NCBI RefSeq assembly: GCF_025526975.1
Contig: NW_026515671.1
Coordinates: 992,001 to 1,056,000, forward strand
Direction: 5' to 3'
DNA: 64,000 nt
From: Fimicolochytrium jonesii
Taxonomy: Eukaryota
The notes under the pieces were generated by a model. That model saw only the letters and a program-made list of their open reading frames with translations. It did not search any database and had not been told where the DNA came from. The translations under genes and the position numbers were made by a program. This document shows, in pieces, positions 11,319 to 23,391 of this stretch. The first letter of the stretch is position 1, and the number at the start of each line of letters is the position of its first letter.

Positions 11319-13261
11319 CTATCTTTCCTGCTCCCCCTGCGTCTGCGTCTGCTGCCCCTCCCCCTCCTTCAGCCCCGTCCCCGCCGTCTTCCCAACCTCC
11401 AAATGCTCCGTAACGCCGTCACTAAACGCAAAGCTGCGATCACTGATATGCGGCCTGTTGCTGTTCAAAACGAGTGTTTTGTTGCGGCGGGTGCCGGGGA
11501 GACCTCCGGTGCTCAAGTTGGTTGTGGTGGTGGCGTTGTGGGAGGCGCCGTTGGTGTTGTTGGAGTCGGTGATGGGATCGGTAAACTTTTTGGATTTATA
11601 GGGTTCCGGGGTCGAGCGGGAGGGGTGGGAGTATGTACAGTTTTCGCGCTGGTGGATGGGGGAGATATGGTTGATTAGTTGATGTTTTTTGTCTGACGAA
11701 AATGTGATTGCAAAAACATATGGAAGACGGCGGAGAGGCGAAAAAAGACTTACTGTGCAAAGAGGCTCGAATTTGCAAAGTTCAGCCGTCTGCGGTGCCG
11801 GGCTCGCAGAGCTAGACGCTCGACGCGTGTGTGGGACCGGATGAAAGTACGGGCACGCAACGTTAGTGCAGTTCGGATAAAACCTGCATTGCGTTTTCTG
11901 CAGATGCGCAGGTGGGGGCGCACCACCGCCGCCGCGGGCCCCACGAGCACCCGAGCCATTATACCCTCCACCACGTCCACCGCGTCTCGCCATCCCGCCG
12001 TGCCCGTAGGGGTGACTGAACGCGCACCCGGGACGCGTGCAAGCGGCACCAAAGCGGCAGTTTGTCGCGCCGGCCGCGTCGGGGTGGATGTAGTAGCACT
12101 GGTTTCCGGCGGTGCAGTTTGGGAAATCTGGGCAGGTTTCTTTGGGGTGCCAGTATTTGCAGGCGTTTCTCCAGGTGCAGTTGGGCCAGTATGTGCAGCG
12201 TGGCACGTCAGGCTGGGCACGCGCCGAGGGAATGACGTGCGTGGCTGTTGCACCTGCTCCCATCGTGATGGTGAAACGGACCGCGCCATCATCCTCCTCC
12301 ATTGCATCGTTTTCTTCACCGTCCTCAATCTTCGCAGCCTTTCGTGGCCCATCTCCTTCAGTCGCGTTCGCCCGATCGTTGGATATCGAGGCATCCCCGC
12401 GCTGGCGTTTTCGCGACGTTTGAGTATTGTTTGCAGAGTCAAGCACTGCTTTCACCAAAAGACTCGCGGGGGTTCCGGCGTATGAGGCTGAATTGACCCG
12501 GCTTCTCCTCGGGTGCTGATCGGGATCGTCATCATCTTCTGCGGTGAACGTGGTGGATAAACCATACATTGTCAGCTTTCCATTGTGAGCCGACAGAGGT
12601 CAAATCTCCACGCTCGTAAATCTCGGATACATACCGACTTCCTCATCGGACTTTGCATCATCGATGTGGATGACCATATCCCCATTATGATCCTCGCCAT
12701 TTTCCGCAGTGCCCGGCCCCGTCCCCTCATTCCTCTCCAGCCACTGGGTGATCCAAGTCGCTAGCTTCTCGGCGTCTTCCGCTGATGTGACTGTGAAGAT
12801 GCGGAATAAGGAGTGATTAATGGCCTATCCTTCAGGTAGGTTGCAGCAAGGTGTGGTGGCTGACGGTCATGCACTGCTCGACCCGCTCCTATGTGCGACG
12901 TAACATGCTGTCCTTCGAGGTTCATTGCCGACCACTTTCCGCTCCCCCCACTCCCATACGTCCTCCTCATACTCCCCACGCCACCATTCCCAACGCACCA
13001 TCACTAAGGTCCGCAATCAACGACTCCCGATCCTTCTCCATCCCAACCAACAAGATGCAATAGTCCGTCAACGTCGCCGTGTCCTCGCCGACCGCCATGG
13101 TACTACTGAGTTCTGCTGTCAGGTCGGCCTAACAAGTGATGATGAGTTTCAAATTAGTGAGAGACCGGTATTCACAGTGATGGCGAGGTTTCGAAGGGGG
13201 ACAGGGGAATTCGGACGGTTTCACTTACCCGTAGGCGGGCGTTGTCGATGTTGCGAGACAT
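11319..13261 (-). CDS. Nab2/ZC3H14-like polyadenosine RNA-binding CCCH zinc-finger protein, multi-exon
   Basis: N-terminal PWI-like region (LTDYCILLVG...LATWITQW); tandem CX5CX4CXFXHP fingers (CTYWPNCTWRNACKYWHP, CRFGAACTRPGCAFSHP, CRFYPNCTNVACPYFHP); RGG box; 'RNKTLVLN' and 'HISDRSF' tail motifs. Confidence 0.82.
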
Positions 13262-13859
13262 TGCGGGGGCGACGGTGAGTGTGGGTATATGGACGATGAG
13301 GGGGTCCTGCTTGATCCTTGCTGTCTGAGGGTGAGCGGTGTGCTGTGCTTGTGAACTCCATTCCAGTGCAAGCCTGTTCTTCAGCTTGCTTGCAACCCTA
13401 ACTCGAACAGGCGGACAATGACGCGCCCTTCGCCAGGCGTTTCTCCTCGAAAAGAGACCCCCGAGAAAAGGGGGGACGCAGGAGAGAAGCAGGGGCTATA
13501 TCCAGTATATAGCACGCTGTCGTCCTACTCCAACTCCACTTGGGGAATGGTACGGATTACGATGTTGATGTTCAAAGAAGGTGCAAAGGGTAGGGTATAT
13601 TATGCGTATTAATACACATACGGGGTACAGGTTTCGCCCTTCCGCGCGCTGGAACTCCCAAATCCCGCCGTAATGCCAACATATGCTGCATGTTTGTAAA
13701 CAAAGCTGACCACCAAAAAAGAAAAGGCGGGCGGTATCGATATCGCCGCCCTCCCATCCATAATGTCCCCCGGCGCGTCGTTTTCCCATCGTCTGACGGG
13801 TCGCGGGGTTCATGCGAATAATGCTTCTCCAGCCCAGCTCATCTCCACCCGTCAACCAC

Positions 13860-16800
13860 TCAAAACACCGGCACAGCCTCCCCACCCGCAAGATGCACAG
13901 GCCCGCTCGGAAGCGGATCATCCTCCCCCACATCCTCCCCCTCATCTCGTTTGCGTTTATGGATTGTTGCCGTCTGGGTATCCTGAGCCGTGGACGCGGT
14001 GTCGTGATGGCCGCACTTATGTGAGTCTCGCCGCCGCTCACCATGATGCAATCCAAAATACATCGTGTAGGTCGCAACCGGATCCACTTCCTCCTCCCTC
14101 TCCCCCTGATTCTCCCCCATCTGATTCATCCCAATTCCACCAAACGCATCTCCACCCCAAGCGTCAACCCCCCAAAACTCATCCCCCATCCCCCTCCCCG
14201 AAATAAACATCCCAAAATCCGCCAAATGCGCCATCGGGTCCGCCGGGTGCGTGTTGAAGGAAGCGAAATCGTTCATGTAGGTGTTTTCGATCGCTTTCTG
14301 GATGTGCGGGTCTACGTCTGGCTTTGTTGAAGGTGTCCGAACCGTAGTGATGGGCGCGGTGGTGGGGGTCGCCGTTTGCGGTTGGGCGGCGGCGGCGGTG
14401 GTCGTACTGAAACCACCAACACCTCCGGCTGAAGCCGTGAGGGCAGCCGCTTCCAGCACTGAGGGTGGTTTCGCGGATTCACCAGCAGGAGCAGCGTTGG
14501 ATTTACTGCCCGTTTTGGTCGCGGGTTGTTTCGCCTTCGCGCCCGTCTTCGCACCCGCTTTCGTCTTTGCGTTCGTCGGGTTTGGTTTCGCGGCCGCGGC
14601 TGCTGCTGCTGCTGTTGATGTTGCCGTTGCGGGCTGTTCCGCTGGCGCGTCCGTAGCCAACGACTTGCCTCGGCTTCGTTTCGGTTTGGGTGCAAGAAGG
14701 GTTGGAGACGCCGCCGCGGTAGCCGGGGGCTGTCCAGCAGCTGGGTCCGGTGACATGAGGGGCGGCTCATCCTGTGTGCCTGCTTTTGATTTTGATCCTC
14801 GCTTTCCACGCGATTTAGGCGGGGCTGCGGGGGCTGCGGCGGTGGCAGCGGTAGCAGTGGTAGGAGTAGCAGACGCTTTCTTATTCGGCGCAGCTTTCCC
14901 TTTCCCCTTCTTCCCGCCTTTCGTCGTCGGAATCGCCACCGCGGCGACTTCCGGAGACTCGGTGATGATTGTCGGTGCCACCTGTGATGCGTCTTCCGGT
15001 TGCGTGCTTGCGGGGAACTGATACGACCCTGACGGCCGTCCGCCCACAGAGCTATGCGGACTAGCAACGAGGATCGGGTCCTGAGACGAACCCCGTGTAG
15101 TTTTCACCCCTCCATTCTGTTGCATCTGCCGCCGTCGGTCCTCTGCCGTCCTCGTATAGTGCAGCATCTTATTGTACAGCTTCTCCACAGAGGTCGGATT
15201 GAAGTTGAACACGTTTTGTGGGAGCAGTTCCATTTGCGCTTGCCATACTTTCATCTTTGGGGGCGAGAGAAAGTCAGTTTCGGAGAGTATGCCATTCGTT
15301 GAAGGCCGCTATTGGCTACACATACCAGTTGGAGACAGTCTTTGGCGGCTTCGCGGTCACTGGGTATCGTGGACGAGTCGAGAACTCCGATCATCAACTC
15401 CGCCTTTTGCATCATTGGCTTCATGGACTCCAACTAGGTAGTGTGAGTTTCGGCGAAAACCTTCAAGACGCGGTGGGCGAATTCAGAGCCGCATACCTTT
15501 CCTCGAACATATTGCTGCTCCCCCTCATCCAATGTTAGAACGGGTCGTTTGATCACCCCAGCTGCCGAAAGATTTGTCCAATCAGTTTGGCTGCTGCCGT
15601 CAAACAGCGAAGCGAGTATCACGACTCTACTTACCGGCAGTCGGCACCGGTTGCGCAGGTCTAGCCGGTTGTTGCACAGCAGTCTTCACAGGCTCAGGCG
15701 CCACGGGTGGTCGTGGGCGTGCAACAACTCCGGCAGCAGGCTGCAGCATCTGAGCCTGCGCAGGGTCCGTCCCAAACGGCTGCGACACGGCCGGGGTCGC
15801 CTGCGCCATACTCGCCGGGGCGCGCAACTGGAACGGCTGCTGCTGGGGGACTTGCGGTATGTTCTGCCCTGCTCGTCTCGCATTGGATTCCTGTGCTACA
15901 GCGAATGCTCGATCGTACGTCACTTTGGCGTTCCAGGCCCGTTGTGCGGAATTCATGGGCAGCTTGTTTTTCTCGAGGTGCTCTTTTAGGCTGGCCAGGG
16001 TCATGTTTGCAATCATCATGCCTTCTTGGGGTGTGATGTCGGGCCCTATCTGGGATAATGCGTATTGGTGAGGGTCGATCGTCCCCTGCTGCAGCAGCGG
16101 CCGTTGTTGCTGTTGTTGGCCAACGGACGTAAGTAATCCCTGCTGTTGAAGCACAGGCCGCCCACCCGCCTGCTGCTGTTGCTGCTGCGCCATAAGAAGC
16201 TGCGCCTGTGCCTGACTAACGGATCCTCCTGGCCGCATTGGCACCCCACCTGCCGCCAGATGCTGCATCGACCCAGGCGGCATAGATCTCGCCATCTGAG
16301 CCGCCTGAACCTGCGCCATGATCTGCGGCGCATTGGAGGTAGCCACCGAGATGCCGTACGACGCAGCTTGCATCGTCTGCATCCCACCACCGCCCATCTG
16401 CATGCTCGTCGCGGCGGCCGGCTGCCCCGTCTTGACTCCAATCTCGTCACATTTTTGTCGTATATTCTTTGCGTACTCTGCCTGTTCCAAGCGGACAATG
16501 GTGTAAGTAGGCTGCTGTCGAGCCTATTTTGCCCGCCCCCGCCCGCACACTCACATATGACTGAGACCTCTCCCAAGTCCTCGCCTCAAACCCAGACGCC
16601 AGCTCATGGACTCTCGTATCCGGATACTGCCCGAGCGATTCGACCGACTTGACCAGAAGATTGGTGTAAGCGACCCTGACGTCCGGCGCCAACGCCTGTC
16701 TCCAATCCGCTACGTTCCCAGCGCCCATCGCCTGAGCGTACGACACGGGTATCTGCTGCTGCTTTTGGAGGAATTGGGTCTGCTGGGGTTGTTGGGAATA

Positions 16801-16932
16801 GGTGGTGGGTCGTTGCCCGGCCTGTAATTGTTGGTGCTGCTGGGCGGCGGCAGCGGCGGCGGCGAGTCGTTGCTGGTGTTGCTGTTGTTGCTGCTGACGC
16901 AGGAATAGCTGCTGCATTTGCGCTGCGTCCAT
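13860..16932 (-). CDS. Mediator subunit Med15/Gal11-like protein (KIX domain, Q-rich), multi-exon
   Basis: KIX-like 'DWRQALAPDVR...ASGFEARTWERSQSY|AEYAKNIRQK' across an intron, polyQ tracts and a K/A/P/T-rich tail. Confidence 0.65.
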
Positions 16933-17560
16933 CTTGCCGAATATGCTCGTAAGATGCCTGAGGTGACTCCTGTTCCTGTTCCTTCCTTTCCTACTGCGAA
17001 ACCCCTCACGCCGTGCGTCTGTTCCTGCCAGACCACCACCGCTGCGAGAGCTGTTACGGACGGGAGCCAAACCGTAATATGACACCGGAGAATGATACTG
17101 GTCTAGTACATAAGATGGGCCTTGTGTGGGGGTTGACCAGCCGGCTGAAGGCTTAAATGTCCTGCTGGGGAACACCAGAAAGCTGTAGCAGAAAGCCACG
17201 GAGGAACGGGTGACACTCTTCATCAATCTCGGTGACGGTTTTGACAGCTGCCCTCAATTGAAAATCCATCGACATCGACGAAACAAAATCCCAACAAACG
17301 AAACCACATGCCATATGTACATAAGAACAGAGAAACCTCACAGACAAGAAGAAAGACCAGGGGCGGACCGAATACGGTCCCAACAAAAAGGCGACAGCAA
17401 AAAAGGGCACGATACACAAAAAAAAAAAACAAAGCATCCTAGTATGACTGGCGGTTCGGGGGCAGGGGGGGTATCACAGGAGTTCTGTTTTGCAGCCTGG
17501 GAGAGCAGCTTGCGGTCCAATTCTTGTCTGTTCTGCCACGTCTTTTCACATCACATCACA

Positions 17561-20500
17561 TCATATGCCGCTGCCCAGCCCCCACCGGCTGCGGTCCATT
17601 CGCATTCCACCAATTCGTCGACGTGCGCTGGCCGTTCATTTGCCGGTGATAAAACAGTATATATGCCGCCGGTGACTGTCAAAAAAAAACGAAGTCAGAT
17701 CAAATGCCCCATAACAAACACTTGAGACGTTTTTTTGGTTTACCTTAACGCTCTTATCATCAGTCTTGCTAATCCTCGAATCGTCAAAATTGAACCACTG
17801 GTTGCCCTTGTAGGAGTGTTTTACTTGTGCGGTGTAGTGGCCGCCGTTCAGGCCGCCGAAGTGGCTCTGGGGGGATCATATGAGGTGGTGAGTCCGACTG
17901 CGATGATGTGGTTGGAGCGTTGTGCGAGGGGGTTACTTACAGAGACACCGTAACAGTCGTAGACGAAGGGTTCGCGCGCTGCCGGGAGGTATTTCGTCAA
18001 ATCCAGCGATCTAAGATGCAATATAGAGTCAGTAACCAATCTCAAATCCAGTACTCGCCAAAAAAAAAAAGACCCCTCCACATACGTAATCGGAAACTCC
18101 ACATAAGTATCAATCCGATTCCTGAACGGCCCGGAATAATAGAACCGTTTCAAATGAATCAACAGAATAATCGGCAGTTTCGCAATCGTCAACGTCTTTG
18201 TCGACTTGCGGGGCACTTTACACCGCGGACACCGCCACGCGTCGTCGCCTTCGAGGATCTCTTCTTCGACGAACTTGTCGAGGCATTCCTGAAGGTAGAG
18301 CGGGCCGTTTTTTTTGCCGGCTTGGTTGTAGGGGGGGATGGGGAGAGTGAGGTACATGAAGGGGTTGAATGTTGTTGATGACTAGGGCGGGGAGTATGGG
18401 CGCGTGGTTAGTGGCGATGGGGAGATAGGGCACAACAGGGGGATTGACAGACAGTCCAACACACCTTCCCACAAGTCAAACACTGCAACTTCGACTTCAA
18501 GCTCCCCTGAAACAGATCCACAATAATGCTCCAATTCAGCTTCCGATACCGCTGCCACGTCTTATCCAAAATAATCTCATCCGGCACACCCTCATCATCC
18601 TGCTCCTTCTCCGGGTTCGCTTTCACCTCCGCAATGGCTGCGGGTGTGCGCGCGACGTTGAGGTCCTCGTGTAAGGAGTCGAGGAAGAAGGCGAGGAACT
18701 CTTGCGAGTCCTGTTGCTCGTTGCCGCGGAAGGAGGGGTGGTGGGTGCCGATGACTTGCTTGAATTTGGTGGGGGTGACGACGCTGCCTTCTTGGCCTGT
18801 CCACATGGTTTTGGCGAGCTCGGCGAACGCATCGGCGACTTCGCCTTTTGTGCCGAGCGTGTTTTTGCGGTTGACGTGTTTGCGGTAACTCCCATCTGCA
18901 AATGGTAATCCTTCATATTAGCCATAGGCCCCATATGCAGGACCAAGTCCTAACAAACTCAAACTTACCCAAAAAGTATCTCGCCAACGGCACTGTCCCC
19001 GCCAAACACTGAATAATCGAGCTCATGAAGCACGTATTCCCCAAATTCTTCATCCCAGACATCCCCATCAACGAGGACCCCATCTGCGAATACGGCACAA
19101 ACTCCGAAAGGCCCGTATCGTAACTCGAGTACGAGTGCGCGATAGGGCCTGCGAGGCGGCCGCTCGGTTTGTTGGGAATCGGCGGCGGTGCCGTCATGCC
19201 GTAGAATCGGGCTGTGCTGGGTGACCCCGACGGAGAGGAGGATCGCCGGAACATCGCTGGAGGCGCGGATTCGAGGGCTAATGGCGGCCCTAATGGCGGT
19301 CGCCGTTGTAAGAGCGGCGATGAGTTCTTGCGCGATGGGGGTTGAGGGAAAGCGGGAGGCGGGATGGAAATGACACCGGGATGGTTGTGCGGTTGCAGAG
19401 CGAGTGGTTTTGGTGGCGCGGCGGGGGCGGGGTAGACGGACGGTGCGCCCATGGAGCTGGGACTTGGGTATACGGGCGATATTGGGCTTGAGCTTGGCGC
19501 AAGCGATGTGTTGGGAGGGGCGAGATTGGGGTAAGTCATTGTCGTTGGTGGCACGGAGGATGGCGGTGCATATACGTTGCCAATGACGGCCATCCGTTTC
19601 GCCGAATCTGACCGTGGTGTAAAGTAGAATGGGTCTTCAAAGCGTCGCGTTTGCTGGCCGCCCATACCGCTGCTGTTGTTCCTTATAATGGATGGTGCTT
19701 GGTAGTACTGAGTTGATTGCTGCGTCACGGGCACAATGACAGGCATTGCGGAATTTGATGTCCCGCCCAAGGGGATGTTGGTGATGTTGTTGAAAGGGTT
19801 GTGGGGGTGATATCCGTTTTGCTGTTGCTGTTGAAGTGGTTGATGCGTAGGCTGAGGATGCGTTAGAGGCTTCTGCACATATGTCTGCTGTTGTTGCTGG
19901 TTTTTCGACGCGACCTGTCAATTTCCGCAGGTGTGAGTGAAAGGGCAGGCCACATCGGTACTGGAGCCACCCGGCCACTTACAAAGTCATATGCACTTCT
20001 TGCGATGCCTGATCCAGCCGGCACAGCATTCTGCGGCGCATTCTCCTCGCTCCTCTCCGATATCCCCACCCCGTCGCCGATCTCCACCCAATCGCCCTGC
20101 CACTCTCCACTATCCTTCACAAAACTCTCCCAAGCACGCTGGCCACCGGCAAGCAGTAATGGCCGTAGCTTTGGCGCATTCTGTGGCTGTTCGTACAGAA
20201 TGCTCATCAACCGCCGTAAGGTTGGCGATGTGTCTGGATTCGTGCTGTGGTCGTCGAGGTAGATTACCATGTCGAACTGGTTTCTCGACTCAAAGAGGGA
20301 TTTTGCCATGGAGGAGCTCTGACCGAACGACATCAGGTATGTTGATATGTCTGCCGACGTTGTGCTGTAAACCTTGAAGTGTTAGCGATCTGTGACATAT
20401 CGCTGCTTCTTCTAGAGGGAATATTCCTACCCAGAACGTTCCAGCCATTCAGGCTCAATGTTGACAACTCCACCTCGCATGCCTCGGTTATTCCGCCATT

Positions 20501-21222
20501 TCAGATGCCCGTGCAGATATTTCTCCGTCTGACGCACATCCAGGACCAACACAGACTTTGCGCCTTGCTTGAGGAGCCCAAACAGCTCCCCTGGTTGCAC
20601 GACAGTCCGCGGTTCCCGACTGCCACCACCACTCCCATTACTCTCCCCAGTCCCTCCCAGGGAGATGTTGCTGACACCTCTGGTAAGGTCGCTGCTGCTT
20701 CCCGGCGCGCTCCCGGCCGATGAAAACGACGGCCGCCCCTGAGCGAACTGATCGGCCCTGCTCTTCAGTTCCGATCTAATTTCCTCTAGCTGTGGCAGGT
20801 ACACATTGACTTTCCGTCGGGCTGCGTGGTATTGGGCGTCGTCCTTTTGCGCTCGTTCAAAGTCTCGGTGCTTGCTTATGACATTCACAACGATGCTGTT
20901 ATGGAATCTGCGCGTCAGTACAAAGAAACCAAAGTGGAATTCCCACGTTTGAGGGGACTGACGTTATCGCTTTGTAGAGATGAACATATGCTGTTTCCAA
21001 GTCTCCTGAAAGCTTGGCCTGCTCTCCCTAGTGAAGGTGGGTACGTGTTAGCGGACCGTCGTGCTCTCCTCTCGCACTCAGTTGACGCCAAAACCATACC
21101 TTATCGAACAAACCCAGGGCCGAAGTTGCCCACAGCTTTATAGAGTGGCTATTTGGCGGTTCATTCACACTCCCTTTCTCAGCCAACTTGGCGATCAGGG
21201 TTGGTGGCTTGGCCTCAGCCAT
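17561..21222 (-). CDS. Ubiquitin-specific protease USP8/Doa4-like (USP8-dimer/MIT-like, rhodanese, peptidase C19), multi-exon
   Basis: Cys box 'GMKNLGNTCFMSSIIQCL'; 'QQDSQEFL'; 'LLIHLKRF'; His box 'HFGGLNGGHYTA'; 'WFNFDDSRI'; last exon 'SPAAYILFY'; rhodanese 'VLVLDVR...HGHL' and 'LLAGGQRAW'. Confidence 0.92.
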
Positions 21223-21331
21223 TATGGGTCGCGCTTTCCAAGATTTGTGACAAGATCGCAAACAGCTTTGTCGAAGCGATATGGAAATGGGGTGGCACTT
21301 CTCGGAGTGGGAGTGGGGGCCAGTGGTTAGC

Positions 21332-21337
21332 TATATA
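21332..21337 (-). promoter_or_regulatory. Putative TATA box (TATATA) of the USP8-like gene
   Basis: About 110 nt upstream of the ATG at 21222. Confidence 0.35.
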
Positions 21338-23258
21338 AGTAGAAACAAGCCTTGACCACAAGGGTTGTCAGCGGCCTCTCAACTTACCAACTACTGTTTA
21401 GTTACGTTTTCGAACTCGGCACTGTCGTTTGGGAAGTGCGTTGTGCTGCCGGTGTTGGACGGAGGCCTGACTTGCTGATTTCGTGGGCAGCTAGCGAAAG
21501 ACGGGGCAGTAGCAGTAGCTGCTCTGTGTGGCGGTAGGACGAGTCGCGAAGTTGGAGAGTATGGGCTGGGTGCTGAGAGTCCAGTATGTAAGGAGTTACA
21601 GTACTGTACAGTAAGTTGCGAGCCAAGAAAGCCACCGCCTCCAAGCCTCCTGGGGGACACCCGGGCTCCGATGCAAAAGTCTCGGTCGACAGACAACGAC
21701 AACGACATATACTGTATACTGTACAACCCGCCACCCACTACGACTCACTCCACCACCGCTGTTGTGACGACCGCAGTGGACCACAGCTTTCAAGCTCGCC
21801 AGATCGACCATAGAGACTGCAAGTTTCGGGCGAAACACAAAAAACATATCGAAACGAGATGATCTCGATACGGCTATCCACCCAGTCCATCTAAGAAACG
21901 GAGGTGTTGACGTTTAGCCGTCCACTGCTCGAACGCAGAAGCTATATTCCCCACAGGACGACTGCGACCTTGGGCCACAAGGATTTCTTTCGAGGCGCCA
22001 TCCGCAGGAGGATGCATCGGGGGGGAGCGATGGGACCCCTGGCTCAATCAGCAACTTGCAGCAATCAGCCACTCACCCAGAGGCGGTATAAGGTTCTGCG
22101 AGAGTTGCCATCGAAAAGGTCACTTCGGCATCTTTGAAGAGGGACACGATAGGGTTGAAGAGACGATGCCTGGCATCAGTTCGTACCATGGCTCCTATCC
22201 TGAACAAGCTTCCCTCAGTGATACAACTTCCGTCCCCGACCCCACTGCGTGGCAAGCGAAGCGCATCGAGCGAAGCGCATCGAGCACGAGGATGATGCGA
22301 CACATTGTTCCAAGTTGCCCGATCTCCTTGACGTTCCTAGAAGATTTTGCGAGGTGTTTCAAGGTGGAGGGGAAAGCTGCGGCTCGACCGAGACTCGGAA
22401 CGCAACCTGCTAACTTGCCCCGAATCTGTTTTGAGGAGCCACAAGGGTCTTTCAATCGCGGTTTCATTTTTGAGCTACGGCTAGGTCCTGGGGTGGAGAT
22501 GCTACTTGAGCTGCTTCTTGACGACGATGAACCCGTCAGATCTCGGTTCGGAGTTGTGGAAATGCCCGTCGTGGTCCAACACACTCGATGTCTTCGACGA
22601 TGCCACGACGCTATACCGAGACGAGCTGGTTGCCGTTATGAACTGGCTACAACGACGCAGAATGGCATAGCTGCCGAGGAGGGGGTCCGCTCAATTGCAT
22701 ACGATGATAGTGAACGAGGCCACTTACACACTGAGCAGCCGGTACCATGCCCGTGCTAGGCACAGAACTGTCCAACCTCGCCTTTGGTGCACTTGGCCAC
22801 GAATCACACCATCCGGGGAGCCGAGAAGTGCATCTTCAACGACAGACGGCTAGGCTTCAACGATGGGCCACAATGGCGGGGTCGGGCGTGTGGAACAATC
22901 TGCAACAGCGTCGCTGGTCAGCTGCGGAAGTGACAGCGTTTACTATTGGCAGATGGGCCAAGCCGCCGCTTGAGTACGGACGAAGGGATAGTCCACGGGC
23001 GGGGCAGTTTCTGACTTGCCTTCGTTGGTACAGTAAAAATGCAGTGCCGGGATGCAGCACGCGTGGACTCTGAAAAAAGAAAGCGAGCGACTGCGCGTTG
23101 TGTGACTTTACAGTATGTCGCCAACAACCTTGCCAGAACGAGGGAGAGGGAGAGCCCTAATGACCCCCACGCGTCGCTGCATCCATCCACTCATACTGCC
23201 TCAATGTCTCCGCGGGGGCTTGCCCACTCTCGCTTGCCCCGCCTACAGTTTATCACAG

Positions 23259-23264
23259 TATAAA
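23259..23264 (+). promoter_or_regulatory. Putative TATA box (TATAAA) of AMP deaminase
   Basis: About 130 nt upstream of the ATG at 23392, followed by a pyrimidine-rich leader. Confidence 0.4.
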
Positions 23265-23391
23265 GCAAAAGCCACCCTCCCTCCCTCCCACCTCCTTGCA
23301 AACAAACACGCCTTGCTTGCTTCCGTCGGAACCTCCCCCCACCTCAGCCAGAGGACCTCCACTTACGACCGGTTGTGTGTATCACAACGAA

